A DNA stretch of 25,876 bases from a virus (taxonomy: Duplodnaviria; Caudoviricetes). How positions within the stretch are numbered: the first letter of the stretch is position 1; every line of letters begins with the position of its first letter. The notes under the pieces were generated by a model. The model saw only the letters and a list, made by a program, of their open reading frames with translations. It was not told the DNA's origin and searched no databases. This document shows positions 1 to 9,099 of the stretch, piece after piece. Location of the stretch: the IMG/VR virus record IMGVR_UViG_3300028396_000040, positions 1 through 25,876 of that record; one strand, given 5' to 3'. The position numbers and the translations under genes are program-made.

Positions 1-3000
1 AGCTGAGTTAATTGAACCTGTAAGGGCGTTTGAAGCTGCAGTTGCAGCTGCTGATCCACTCAATACAGCATTGCTTGCTGCTGCAGATCCACTTAATACG
101 GCATTTGTAGCTGCCGCTGATCCACTCAATACAGCATTGCTTGCTGCTGCAGATCCACTTAATACGGCATTTGTAGCTGCTGCCGAACCGCTTAATACGG
201 CATTACTTGCTGCTGCCGAACCGCTTAGTACAGCGTTAGCTGCACTACTTGTTGCAAAGTTTTGTGCTGCTGTTTGTGCAGCATTACTTGCAGTAGTCGC
301 AAAGTTTTCTGCTGCTGTTTGTGCTGCCGCTGCTGCTGCTGCTGATGCTGTTGCAACGGAATCATTTGTTGCTGCATTACCTCCTACTATGTTGATATCT
401 CCTGCTATTGTTAGAGAACCACCATCCCATTTTAAATAATTTGTATCGCTTCCTGTTAAGAAAAAGTTACCATTATCTGCCATGTAAGTTTTCCAATCAC
501 TACCAGAGTAGAACCCTAATGCTTCATTACCAAGATATAGACCAGCTGTTGTTGTACTTGGGGTAGATACTATTCTACCGGTGCTATCTGTAAATGTATC
601 TAGGGCTATAGAAGCTGATGTATTAGATATAAGTGTTGACTGATCGTAAGTAGAGTCAGAGGCTGTAATCCATTCAGACCCGCTAAATATATATAGCCTT
701 TCCCCATCGTTATCATCAATCCACATATCTCCTTGATGTCTACTTTCTGTAGTTGGAGCTTCATCTTGTCTGAATATAGAGTTAAGACCTGCTTGTACTA
801 ATTGGATTGCTGCATTTGTTTCTGCTTGAGTAGCAAATGATGCAGAGGTATTTACTGCTGACTGTGATATATCTGTAGCTATGGATCCTGAGATTGTATC
901 AGAGTATTCTTGTGAAGCGGTTACTGATGCAGAGTAAGCGCTATTAGCTGCTGCCGAACCGCTTAATACAGCATTACTTGCTGCTGCCGAACCACTCAAT
1001 ACAGCATTACTTGCTGCTGCAGATCCACTTAGTACAGCGTTAGTAGCTGCTGCCGAACCGCTTAATACGGCATTACTTGCTGCTGCCGAACCGCTTAATA
1101 CGGCATTTTCTGCAGAGGCAGTTGCTGCATTTGCAGTTGATTGTGCTGCTTCTGCAGAGCTTGTGGCTGCATTTGCAGTTGATTGAGCTGCTGTTATAGA
1201 ACCTGTTATTGCAGTAACTGCACTATTACTTGCAGTAGTCGCAAAGTTTTCTGCTGCGGATTGTGCAGATGCTGCAGAGGCAGATGCAAAAAGTTGTGCA
1301 GCGGTTTGTGCTGCTGTTGCTGCTGCTGATCCACTCAGTACTGCATTTTCTGCAGAGGCAGATGCAAAAAGTTGTGCTGCTAATTGAGCGTTGTTAACGT
1401 CTGTAGATGTAGCGGCATTTCCCCCGGTAATATTAATTGATCCTTGTATGCTTAGCTGTTCTCCATCCCATATAAGAAAGCTACTATCACTCCCTGTTAA
1501 GTAGAAATCTCCGGATGCAGACATGTATGTTTTCCATTCACTTCCAGAATAGAAACCTAAATTATCTGCATTAAAGAATAAACCTTCTCCTGATGGTGTA
1601 GGGTTAAATGACATTTTTCCGACAGCGTCTACTGATCTACTAAGTGCTGTAGAAGCTGAAATAGCTGCTAGTAAAGCTGCTGCTGAAGCATTGTTTGCGT
1701 TTTCATTAACTGTTGATAAGGAGCCTGATAGTGAAGAAGAAACTGCTGTTGCTGCTGCTGAACCGCTCAGTACTGCGTCTGCAGATGCTGAAGCGACAGA
1801 TTCATTTGTTGCTGCATTACCTCCTACTATGTTAATGTCTCCTGAAATGGTCAGGGATCCTCCGTCCCATTTTAAGTAATTGCTATCACTACCTGTTAAA
1901 AAGAAATTACCGTTATCAGCCATGTATGTTCTCCATTCACTTGATGAATAGAATCCTAATGCTGAATCCCCCAGGTATAGGCCTGCTGCATTTGGCGATG
2001 GTGTAGATACTATCTTACCAGAGCTGTCCGTAAATGTATCTAGGGCTATAGAAGCTGATGTATTGCTAATTAAAGATGTTTGATCGTAGGTAGTGTCTGA
2101 TGCTGTAATCCATTCAGATCCACTAAATACGTAAAGTCTCTCACCGTCATTATCATCAATCCAAATATCTCCTTGGTGCCTGCTTTCAGTAGCTGGGGCT
2201 TCATTTTGTCTAAAGATTGAATTAAGCCCTGCTTGTACTAATTGAAACGCTGTGTTAGTTTGTGCTTGAGTAGCAAATGATGCTGAAGTATTTACATTTG
2301 ATTGTGATATGCTTGTCTCTAAAGATCCTGTAGCGGTAGCAAGTGCTGCTGCTGCTGTATTTTCTGCTGCTGTTTGAGCTGCTGTTGCTGCTGCTGAACC
2401 ACTCAATACTGCATTTTCTGCAGAGGCAGATGCAAATGCTTCTGCTGCTGTTCGAGCGTTACTAACATCCGTAGATGTAGCAGCATTACCTCCAGTAATA
2501 TTAATGGAACCCTGTATGGTTAGTTCTCCTCCATCCCATGCAAGGAAGTTACCATCGCTTCCGGTTAAATAGAAATTACCGTTATTTGCCATGTATGTTC
2601 TCCATTCACTGGCTGAATAGAATCCTAATGCTGAATCTCCTAGGTATAGACCTGCTGATGATGTAGATGGTGTACCTACTAATTTACCTGTATCGTCTGT
2701 AAATATATCTACAGCTACAGAAGAAGATAAACTTGCAGACGTGTTGTTAATGAGTACTGTTTGATCATAAGTTCCGTCTGGTGTAGCTGCCCATTGTGTT
2801 GCATTCCAAACATACACTTTATTTCCGTCGTTAGAATCAATCCACATATCTCCAACTGTTCTATTTGAGGTAGAAGGTGGATTGTTTTGTCTAAATATTG
2901 CTGTTTTGCCGTCTATTAGATTGTTAGCAGAATCTAAACCATCTTGAAGAGTAGCTGTAGAAGAACTTATTGAAGCTGATAATGCTGCGTTTGAGGCAGA

Positions 3001-6000
3001 TATACCGGTTGCTATTGAACCAGATACTGTGTCAATACTACCTGTTACGTAGTCTTGAGTAGCTGCATTTCCTGATGTGATATTTATCTCTCCTGCTATT
3101 TCTAATGTACCGGTTGACGAATCCCATGCTAGTTTATTACCTTCAGAACCTGTTAAGAAGAAATCTCCTTGATTGTCCATATAGGTTTTCCATTCTCCAT
3201 CTTTATAGAAACCTAAGTTCGTAGAAGCTAAATAAAGTCCTTCAGCTGATGCTGTTGGTGGTCTTACTGCTCTACCTGCACTATCTGTAAAGATTTTTCC
3301 ATCTAAAGTATTTGTAGTATTTACAACTGATGCTGAATATGCTGCGTCTGATGCTGAGATTTCTGTTCCAAGAGATCCTGATAGTGAGCTAGTTGCTGAG
3401 TTAAGTTCTTCTGTGTTTACACCACTACCTCCGGTTATATCTATATTACCTTTTACATTTAATGTTTCTCCATCCCAGTATATATAATTTGTCCCTGTTG
3501 TGCCTGTTCCTACCCTAAACTTACCGTAACCATCTAAGTATACTCCTGTTCCAGTAGTGCTTGTTATACCACTTGCTTCTGCACCTGCTGCTAAGGTTCC
3601 TTTATTTAGTGAGCTTGAAATTATAAAAGTAGTAGTATCTAAAGCAAATGTTTCAGTATTAATAACTAAGTTACCATCTGTGAAATTGTCTAATGATATA
3701 AAGTTATTGGCGCCTCCTACTTTCCAAGCTCCGTCTGTGTACCAGTAATTATTGTTGTTAATATAAATTCCATCATTTGTTCCTGATACGTTTGTCCCTA
3801 ATGATATTTTCTGTCCTGTTTCTAATCCGGTTGAACCATCTTTAGTAGCAATATGAAGTATACCTGCAATTGATCCTGTGTCAGCTGTTATAGCTCCTCT
3901 GAAGAAACCATTTTCAGTATATAAGCCAAATCCTGGTTCATTATTACCGTATAGGTACCCTGATGCTAATCCTGAAAGGTCTCCTAATCTAGATCTTAAC
4001 TGTAAATCATATGCTCCTGATCCTGTTCTTTCTACAATATCCATATACGGAGTAGAAACATCTCTAGGATTAGCATTCATCATTATGTATCCAGATGATA
4101 TATCTTTAGTTGGATTAAATACTCCTGTTGATACTAATACCTGCCCTTCATTATATGGTTTTGCTGTTGAAACTAATCCTGATAAGAATTCTGCATCTAA
4201 ATCTATTAAGTAAACTGTATCTCCGCTAACATGAGAATCTGCTTCTGTATCATGATAGTCTCTAATAACTGTTAAGACATTACTGTTAATTGCTGTTACT
4301 TTTAGTCTTTCACTTCCTATTTTAATAATATTCTGTACTCCAAGACCGGATGCAGAAGTTACATGAATAGCAGTTTCTCCTGCAGTATCTATATCTCCTG
4401 AAAGTGTAGTAATTGATGATGAGACTGCTGGGGTTCCTCCATATGCTCTTTCTACGTACAACTCTCCTGCTAACCCGTCTGGATCTATTGAACCTGTGTT
4501 ACCTGTTATTGATGAATCTTCTGAGTATCTTTTTGAACCAGATACGTATACATACTCTACACTAAAACCGGCATCGTCAACTGATTTAATTTTAAGTATT
4601 TCTCCTTCAGTAAAACCTGAAGTATTAGCTACTGAGAATGTTACAGCATTTGCCGCATATGATGAAGACCCTGCTAAGATTACACCGTCTTCATCTTTCA
4701 GAGGCTGTATTGTAGTAGCGTTAGCGACCATTAATTGTCCACCGACTACGTTAACAGTTTCTTTTTCAAAGACTGTAGTGCTTAGGGTTCCTCTAATTCG
4801 CATATTCTCAAACTCTGCTGAACCATTTCCGGTTGTATCTATTCTCCAACCTTTTAGATTGGAAACAAAATTAGATGATTCTAGTTTTCCGCTTGAATGT
4901 ATTATTAGTCCTGTCTCGTCTTCACCGTAGTTTTCTCCAAATCCTGCTGTAGGTACTGTTCTAATTTGAGAATCAGTTATTTCCCATCCTCCAATCTTAT
5001 TGCCCTGTTGACCAAACATTGCTATGGTATTAGCACTGCCTGTTCCTGCTCCGTTATATATTTTTATACCGTAGAGGTCATCTGCTGCATCTGATATTTC
5101 TCCTAGTCTTATTATTTCTGCAGATGCAGTATCGAATATATTTAATCTTTGAGTGGTTGTATCAATATTAAAATAAGTCGTGTCTAACTTAAAAGTATCT
5201 GTCTTAATATCAACACCGGTGGTTGTGTTGAACCTAACATAGTTATCAGCATCCTTAGTCAGATCCAGTGTCGGTACAGTACTATCCATACCCATTATTA
5301 CACCAGCGTCATCAGTTCCGAAGCCGGTTTTTGCACCTGCTATAATCATTGCATCTAAAGCGCTGCCTGATAGTTTAAGTACATTTGTCTCTCCTACTTC
5401 TATAGCAGAAGAGGCTCCTAATAACTTCACACCGCCTCCTCCAAGAGACATAGATGCTTCTGTAGAAGATATTTCTATGTTAGATGCTGAAATTTCTAAT
5501 AGTGAAGTTGATAGGCTTATATTACTACCATCAAACTTTACAAAACTACCTGTTGCATCTCCTACATAAAATCTAGGTGAACCTTCGTTGTATTCTAACT
5601 GAATACCTTTATTACCAAAAGTGCTGTCGTTAAACGATATACTTCCTGCGGTTGCATCTATTACTACATTAGTAGATTTTTTTATCTGTGTGTTGGTAAT
5701 TTCCCATCCAGCTATTTTACCTCCAGAGAACATTACTGCTGATCCTGTTATATCTCCGTTACCTTTTAAACTAAAGTTTGAAGCAGAAATAAAATGATCT
5801 GTTGGTCCTGCGGCACCGGATATAAAGAAGGAAGGTACCCCTAAAGTAGTGGGTCCGTGTAATGTACTATGGTCAATGGTGAAGCCTCCTATCTGCCCAG
5901 AAGTTGCTGTTATATTTCCAGAAATTACTGCATCTGAGGCGTGTAATAACCCGCTTGAAGAAATAGCAAAGTTGGATCCAAAATGTACGTAGTATGGAGC

Positions 6001-6351
6001 ATTTACTGCTGGATCAAAGTCTATATACCATTCGTCAGAAGATAGGTTTCCTCCATCTGAATTCATAGCTTTATTCTTATCGTAGAATTGTCCGTTGAAT
6101 AGGTCGACTATCATTCTACTACCAGTTATCTGGCTGTCAGCTATATATACGTCTCCGATTGACCCTCCATTTTCTTGGAAATCAGCAAATGCCTCTCCAC
6201 CAATAGGTACAGTTGCAGTTGTTCCGTCTTTCCTTTGAAGAATTAATTGATTTTCAGCGAAGGATGCTGTAAAGAAGAATGATCTAAAATTTTCATCTAA
6301 TTCTTCGTGTGTTAGAGGTGCTCCTTTCTCGTCTCTAAATGTTAAACCCAT
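1..6351 (-). CDS. Giant modular tail fibre / virion adhesin, 3'-truncated by the window edge (>=2117 aa; not in the ORF track)
   Basis: ATG at 6351 (MGLTFRDEKGAPLTHEELDENFRSFFFTASF...). I read the frame codon by codon to position 1 and found no stop. It contains fibre-type motifs (GWRIDTTGNGSAEFENMRIRGTL, RLGDLSGL...GFGLYTENGFFRGAITA, GQIGGFTI/GKIAGWEI), repeated beta modules and Ala/Ser-rich stalks. TATTTATA lies 16 nt upstream. Confidence 0.9.
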   Translation of the reverse strand, partial: MGLTFRDEKGAPLTHEELDENFRSFFFTASFAENQLILQRKDGTTATVPIGGEAFADFQENGGSIGDVYIADSQITGSRMIVDLFNGQFYDKNKAMNSDGGNLSSDEWYIDFDPAVNAPYYVHFGSNFAISSSGLLHASDAVISGNITATSGQIGGFTIDHSTLHGPTTLGVPSFFISGAAGPTDHFISASNFSLKGNGDITGSAVMFSGGKIAGWEITNTQIKKSTNVVIDATAGSISFNDSTFGNKGIQLEYNEGSPRFYVGDATGSFVKFDGSNISLSTSLLEISASNIEISSTEASMSLGGGGVKLLGASSAIEVGETNVLKLSGSALDAMIIAGAKTGFGTDDAGVIMGMDSTVPTLDLTKDADNYVRFNTTTGVDIKTDTFKLDTTYFNIDTTTQRLNIFDTASAEIIRLGEISDAADDLYGIKIYNGAGTGSANTIAMFGQQGNKIGGWEITDSQIRTVPTAGFGENYGEDETGLIIHSSGKLESSNFVSNLKGWRIDTTGNGSAEFENMRIRGTLSTTVFEKETVNVVGGQLMVANATTIQPLKDEDGVILAGSSSYAANAVTFSVANTSGFTEGEILKIKSVDDAGFSVEYVYVSGSKRYSEDSSITGNTGSIDPDGLAGELYVERAYGGTPAVSSSITTLSGDIDTAGETAIHVTSASGLGVQNIIKIGSERLKVTAINSNVLTVIRDYHDTEADSHVSGDTVYLIDLDAEFLSGLVSTAKPYNEGQVLVSTGVFNPTKDISSGYIMMNANPRDVSTPYMDIVERTGSGAYDLQLRSRLGDLSGLASGYLYGNNEPGFGLYTENGFFRGAITADTGSIAGILHIATKDGSTGLETGQKISLGTNVSGTNDGIYINNNNYWYTDGAWKVGGANNFISLDNFTDGNLVINTETFALDTTTFIISSSLNKGTLAAGAEASGITSTTGTGVYLDGYGKFRVGTGTTGTNYIYWDGETLNVKGNIDITGGSGVNTEELNSATSSLSGSLGTEISASDAAYSASVVNTTNTLDGKIFTDSAGRAVRPPTASAEGLYLASTNLGFYKDGEWKTYMDNQGDFFLTGSEGNKLAWDSSTGTLEIAGEINITSGNAATQDYVTGSIDTVSGSIATGISASNAALSASISSSTATLQDGLDSANNLIDGKTAIFRQNNPPSTSNRTVGDMWIDSNDGNKVYVWNATQWAATPDGTYDQTVLINNTSASLSSSVAVDIFTDDTGKLVGTPSTSSAGLYLGDSALGFYSASEWRTYMANNGNFYLTGSDGNFLAWDGGELTIQGSINITGGNAATSTDVSNARTAAEAFASASAENAVLSGSAAATAAQTAAENTAAAALATATGSLETSISQSNVNTSASFATQAQTNTAFQLVQAGLNSIFRQNEAPATESRHQGDIWIDDNDGERLYVFSGSEWITASDTTYDQTSLISNTSASIALDTFTDSSGKIVSTPSPNAAGLYLGDSALGFYSSSEWRTYMADNGNFFLTGSDSNYLKWDGGSLTISGDINIVGGNAATNESVASASADAVLSGSAAATAVSSSLSGSLSTVNENANNASAAALLAAISASTALSRSVDAVGKMSFNPTPSGEGLFFNADNLGFYSGSEWKTYMSASGDFYLTGSDSSFLIWDGEQLSIQGSINITGGNAATSTDVNNAQLAAQLFASASAENAVLSGSAAATAAQTAAQLFASASAASAQSAAENFATTASNSAVTAITGSITAAQSTANAATSSAEAAQSTANAATASAENAVLSGSAAASNAVLSGSAAATNAVLSGSAAASNAVLSGSAAASNAVLSGSAAANSAYSASVTASQEYSDTISGSIATDISQSAVNTSASFATQAETNAAIQLVQAGLNSIFRQDEAPTTESRHQGDMWIDDNDGERLYIFSGSEWITASDSTYDQSTLISNTSASIALDTFTDSTGRIVSTPSTTTAGLYLGNEALGFYSGSDWKTYMADNGNFFLTGSDTNYLKWDGGSLTIAGDINIVGGNAATNDSVATASAAAAAAAQTAAENFATTASNAAQTAAQNFATSSAANAVLSGSAAASNAVLSGSAAATNAVLSGSAAASNAVLSGSAAATNAVLSGSAAASNAVLSGSAAATAASNALTGSINSA
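43..240 (-). repeat. 33-bp tandem array, 6 copies, encoding AAA(S/T)NAVLSGS
   Basis: LSGS codons recur at 52, 85, 118, 151, 184 and 217 (exact 33-nt spacing). 52-117 and 118-183 form a 66-nt duplication differing at one base. Confidence 0.95.
355..2310 (-). repeat. Long imperfect direct repeat (about 355-870 vs about 1795-2310, offset 1440 nt) within the giant fibre gene
   Basis: For example 361 atcatttgttgctgcattacctcctactatgtt vs 1801 ttcatttgttgctgcattacctcctactatgtt, and 601 vs 2041 tagggctatagaagctgatgtatt. Both copies encode a B module followed by an A module. Confidence 0.9.
946..1110 (-). repeat. Second 33-bp tandem array, 5 copies of the same 11-aa unit
   Basis: LSGS codons at 955, 988, 1021, 1054 and 1087. 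Isolated copies occur near 1327, 1759 and 2395. Confidence 0.95.
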
Positions 6352-6367
6352 AGTACATTCCCTTTAT

Positions 6368-6375
6368 TATAAATA
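6368..6375 (-). promoter_or_regulatory. TATTTATA motif, putative phage late promoter
   Basis: Exact octamer on the coding strand, 16 nt before the ATG at 6351. It is present in all five internal intergenic gaps >10 nt. Confidence 0.7.
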
Positions 6376-6391
6376 CGCTCTAATTCTCGAA

Positions 6392-8038
6392 TTAGCCAGT
6401 ATACATAATATAAGCTAATGCATAAAATGATGGAACGTGGTATGAAGGTGTTATATCGTGATCGTGTCCTGTACTGTTACCTGTCTGTGCAGTAGTACCG
6501 CCTCTCCAGTATACATATTTATTATCTGTATCACTATCTCCACTTCCTTTGTATTTTGTTGGACCTACATGATCTACTCCACCTATTGCTCCGTTTGCCC
6601 CTACACCTGGGTCGTTAATCTCTATATAGTACGAATCTTTATATTGATGTGTATGTTCTGGCATTTGTGCAAACGTTAAAACATGTGATTGAGTAGAGCC
6701 AAAGTGATCGTGATTGGTATTACCTCCTGTTGATACTGCACTTCCGCTAATAGTTGTAGTCGGTGTTCCTGTTGTATTATTACTAGCTACAATAAACTTA
6801 TTTCTTAAATCTGGAGTAACTACTGAGTTATATGTTGCTCCATCACATAAGTTCCATCCGCTGGGTAGCGACTGCACTGCGCCTGACCACATTATTATTC
6901 CTCCTTGAGGTATTGGTGCTGCATTAACTTGCTTTACTACACTGTTATTTTGCTGTACTAAGAAGTTATAGTTTGTAGCAGATAAAGCACCTGCAATTGT
7001 ATTAACTGTTAATGAACCGGATATTGTAGCGCTTTCTCTTACGTACAGTTCTCCACTCCCTGAGATGTCTCCTGAAAAAGTTGCTTTACCGTCTATATTA
7101 ATATCATCTGATCCTGTTATTTTACCTTTAACGGTAAGTACATTTCCTGCAATAACTGATGATGTTCCTATTCCGACATTTCCATCTGCTGCAAAATAGG
7201 CTACCATTTTATTGTAAGAAGGTTCTGCTGATGAAGATGGTGGAGCTGATATAATACTAAACGATTCATCCCCTGTTGTAGACTGTAGACCCATAAGTAT
7301 ATGAGCATTATGAGGTCCTTCTAATATGATACCACGTTCATTACCTGTTAATAGGTTAGCACCGACATTATTCTCGATTCTAGTGTTAGCTGCATCCCAT
7401 GTGAATAGTTTTGATCTGTAGTTATTACCGTGCTCTTTACCAAATATAATACTACCGCTTATAACAAAATCTCCAAGATTATTAGGAGCTCCTCTATGTA
7501 GTACTTTTCCGTCACCTGTTACAGTTAGGAGTGGTATAGCATTATTATACAGTTCTATATTTGCATTATTATCTGAGAAGTTGTTTCTTATTATTAAATC
7601 TTTAGTAGTACCACCGTACGTAATACTTGCGTTTGCAGCATCTGTTCCTATCTTAAGGTCTGATCCATCTCTCAAATATACATCTCCGCCTTCTACTCTT
7701 AATTTTTCTCCAGAAGCAGCGGATGTTGCTCCTAATACTAAAGCATCAACGCCAGCACTATTATCATATACGACTGATGATGCTCCTCCTAATAGTGTAG
7801 GTGATAATTTAAATTGTACTTCTCCTACATTTCCAGCAGCGACTGGGTCAGAGCCGGTATATGGGTTTAGCGGTATATTGACTGTGCTAGCAGCTTGAAC
7901 TGTACTTCCAGTGTAATGTAGGCTTAAGCTAGTTAAATCAGTTGAAAGAGAAGCTGAGTAAAATACTGAGCTAAAATTAACATCTAATTCGTCGTATGTT
8001 AGTGCTGTTCCTTTGTTTGATCTTAATGTTATTGCCAT
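6392..8038 (-). CDS. Short tail fibre with tail-collar domain and HxH metal-binding tip (T4 gp12-like C-terminus)
   Basis: Collar motif PIPQGGIIMWSG...LPSGWNLCDG...TPDLRNKFIV. HxH motifs NHDH, EHTH and GHDH. C-terminal P.FYALAYIM. Fibre repeat DGNVGIGTSS. Confidence 0.85.
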   Translation of the reverse strand: MAITLRSNKGTALTYDELDVNFSSVFYSASLSTDLTSLSLHYTGSTVQAASTVNIPLNPYTGSDPVAAGNVGEVQFKLSPTLLGGASSVVYDNSAGVDALVLGATSAASGEKLRVEGGDVYLRDGSDLKIGTDAANASITYGGTTKDLIIRNNFSDNNANIELYNNAIPLLTVTGDGKVLHRGAPNNLGDFVISGSIIFGKEHGNNYRSKLFTWDAANTRIENNVGANLLTGNERGIILEGPHNAHILMGLQSTTGDESFSIISAPPSSSAEPSYNKMVAYFAADGNVGIGTSSVIAGNVLTVKGKITGSDDINIDGKATFSGDISGSGELYVRESATISGSLTVNTIAGALSATNYNFLVQQNNSVVKQVNAAPIPQGGIIMWSGAVQSLPSGWNLCDGATYNSVVTPDLRNKFIVASNNTTGTPTTTISGSAVSTGGNTNHDHFGSTQSHVLTFAQMPEHTHQYKDSYYIEINDPGVGANGAIGGVDHVGPTKYKGSGDSDTDNKYVYWRGGTTAQTGNSTGHDHDITPSYHVPSFYALAYIMYTG

Positions 8039-8040
8039 GG

Positions 8041-9096
8041 TTAAATATCTAGTTTTACTACTACCGTTGTTTCATTATTATTCGATACAGGGACTGGTTG
8101 ACCCATTTTAGCTACAGCGATCAATTCGTTTGCATCGTTATATAGACCTACGGTAGTAAAATATGGTTTAAAGTGGCTACCTGTAAGTTCTGCTTTTATA
8201 GTACCATCTGTGCCTGTTGTTCCTGTTGGGTGTAGTGTGTTGTTAAATTCGCTTTCACCAATTGGACAGTGGTAGTTATACGTATAAATAGGTTGAGATG
8301 ATTGCCAAGAGACACTTCCTGAGAAGTAATTAGCGTAGTAGTTACCTATAGCAGGGTTGGTGATGACCATAAGCCCATGTGAGTATATTACGTTTCCTAC
8401 AATTCTCTGTGGGGATGAAGCAGAAAGTATTAAGTTACCGTTTTTATCATCTATTAATGTTGTTTTCCAATCATCAAAGCCTGCTACTACGAAATCTTCT
8501 TCAGTCTCATTAATATAATCTCCTTCATTAAGAATATACTCTCCATCCTGTAATACTTCCGATGCTCCGTATAATGTATCTATCTGTTCATTATAACTTT
8601 GTGATACAAATCCGTATTCATCATCTTCAAAAGTATCGGATGAAGTAAATGCGTAGTTTGATTCTGACCCAGATACATCTGGTTCAATACGGATGCTTCC
8701 TGGTTTTATATTTGTTCCGTACAAGTTTTGAGGTATGGAAATGACGGTGAATTCAGATTCTGCTCTTCTTTGGTTTTGCGTATAAGAACTCTGTAAATAG
8801 TTCTCATATGCTGAGCCCGACATTTCGTTTGAACTACTTACAGGACTTCCGTTTTCAAATCCGGAGTAATATAAGTGGTTTATGCTGTTGTATACTAGTT
8901 GAGTGTAGTGCTCTTTGTCTGTGCCTATTAATCTCTTATCTGCTGTGTCTGGGAAGAATGTTGATGAACCGGATATCCCTATGTAGGTTTCTATTCCGAA
9001 TTCATCATGTTGTTCTCCTGCTGCTACAAATCTTTTATGAGCAGTATAAGAGGTTAGAAATGAATCTTCTTTGTTTAGTTTTTTGTAAGCACTCAT
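8041..9096 (-). CDS. Baseplate/fibre-attachment structural protein, paralog of 9100..10110
   Basis: 351-aa ORF. C-terminal PYFTTVGLYNDANELIAVAKMGQPV...VVVKLDI matches the neighbour's C-terminus. It lies in the tail cluster. Confidence 0.65.
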   Translation of the reverse strand: MSAYKKLNKEDSFLTSYTAHKRFVAAGEQHDEFGIETYIGISGSSTFFPDTADKRLIGTDKEHYTQLVYNSINHLYYSGFENGSPVSSSNEMSGSAYENYLQSSYTQNQRRAESEFTVISIPQNLYGTNIKPGSIRIEPDVSGSESNYAFTSSDTFEDDEYGFVSQSYNEQIDTLYGASEVLQDGEYILNEGDYINETEEDFVVAGFDDWKTTLIDDKNGNLILSASSPQRIVGNVIYSHGLMVITNPAIGNYYANYFSGSVSWQSSQPIYTYNYHCPIGESEFNNTLHPTGTTGTDGTIKAELTGSHFKPYFTTVGLYNDANELIAVAKMGQPVPVSNNNETTVVVKLDI

Positions 9097-9099
9097 TCA

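Noticed and set aside
43-1110. 33-bp repeats as a CRISPR array
   Set aside because: The units are head-to-tail without unique spacers, vary mainly at synonymous positions, and lie in an open reading frame. No cas genes are present.
355-2310. Long imperfect repeat as a DGR template/variable pair
   Set aside because: Both copies are coding within one ORF, the differences are mostly synonymous and not adenine-specific, and there is no reverse transcriptase in the window.
6380-6395. Inverted repeat CTAATT-CTCG-AATTAG as an intrinsic terminator
   Set aside because: The stem is only 6-7 bp and AT-rich, overlaps the stop codon and has no U-tract. It is too weak to call.
8283-8290. Intragenic TATTTATA as a sixth promoter
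   Set aside because: It lies inside a coding region (PIYT), about 245 nt from the next start. It could be real but is compatible with chance in AT-rich DNA.
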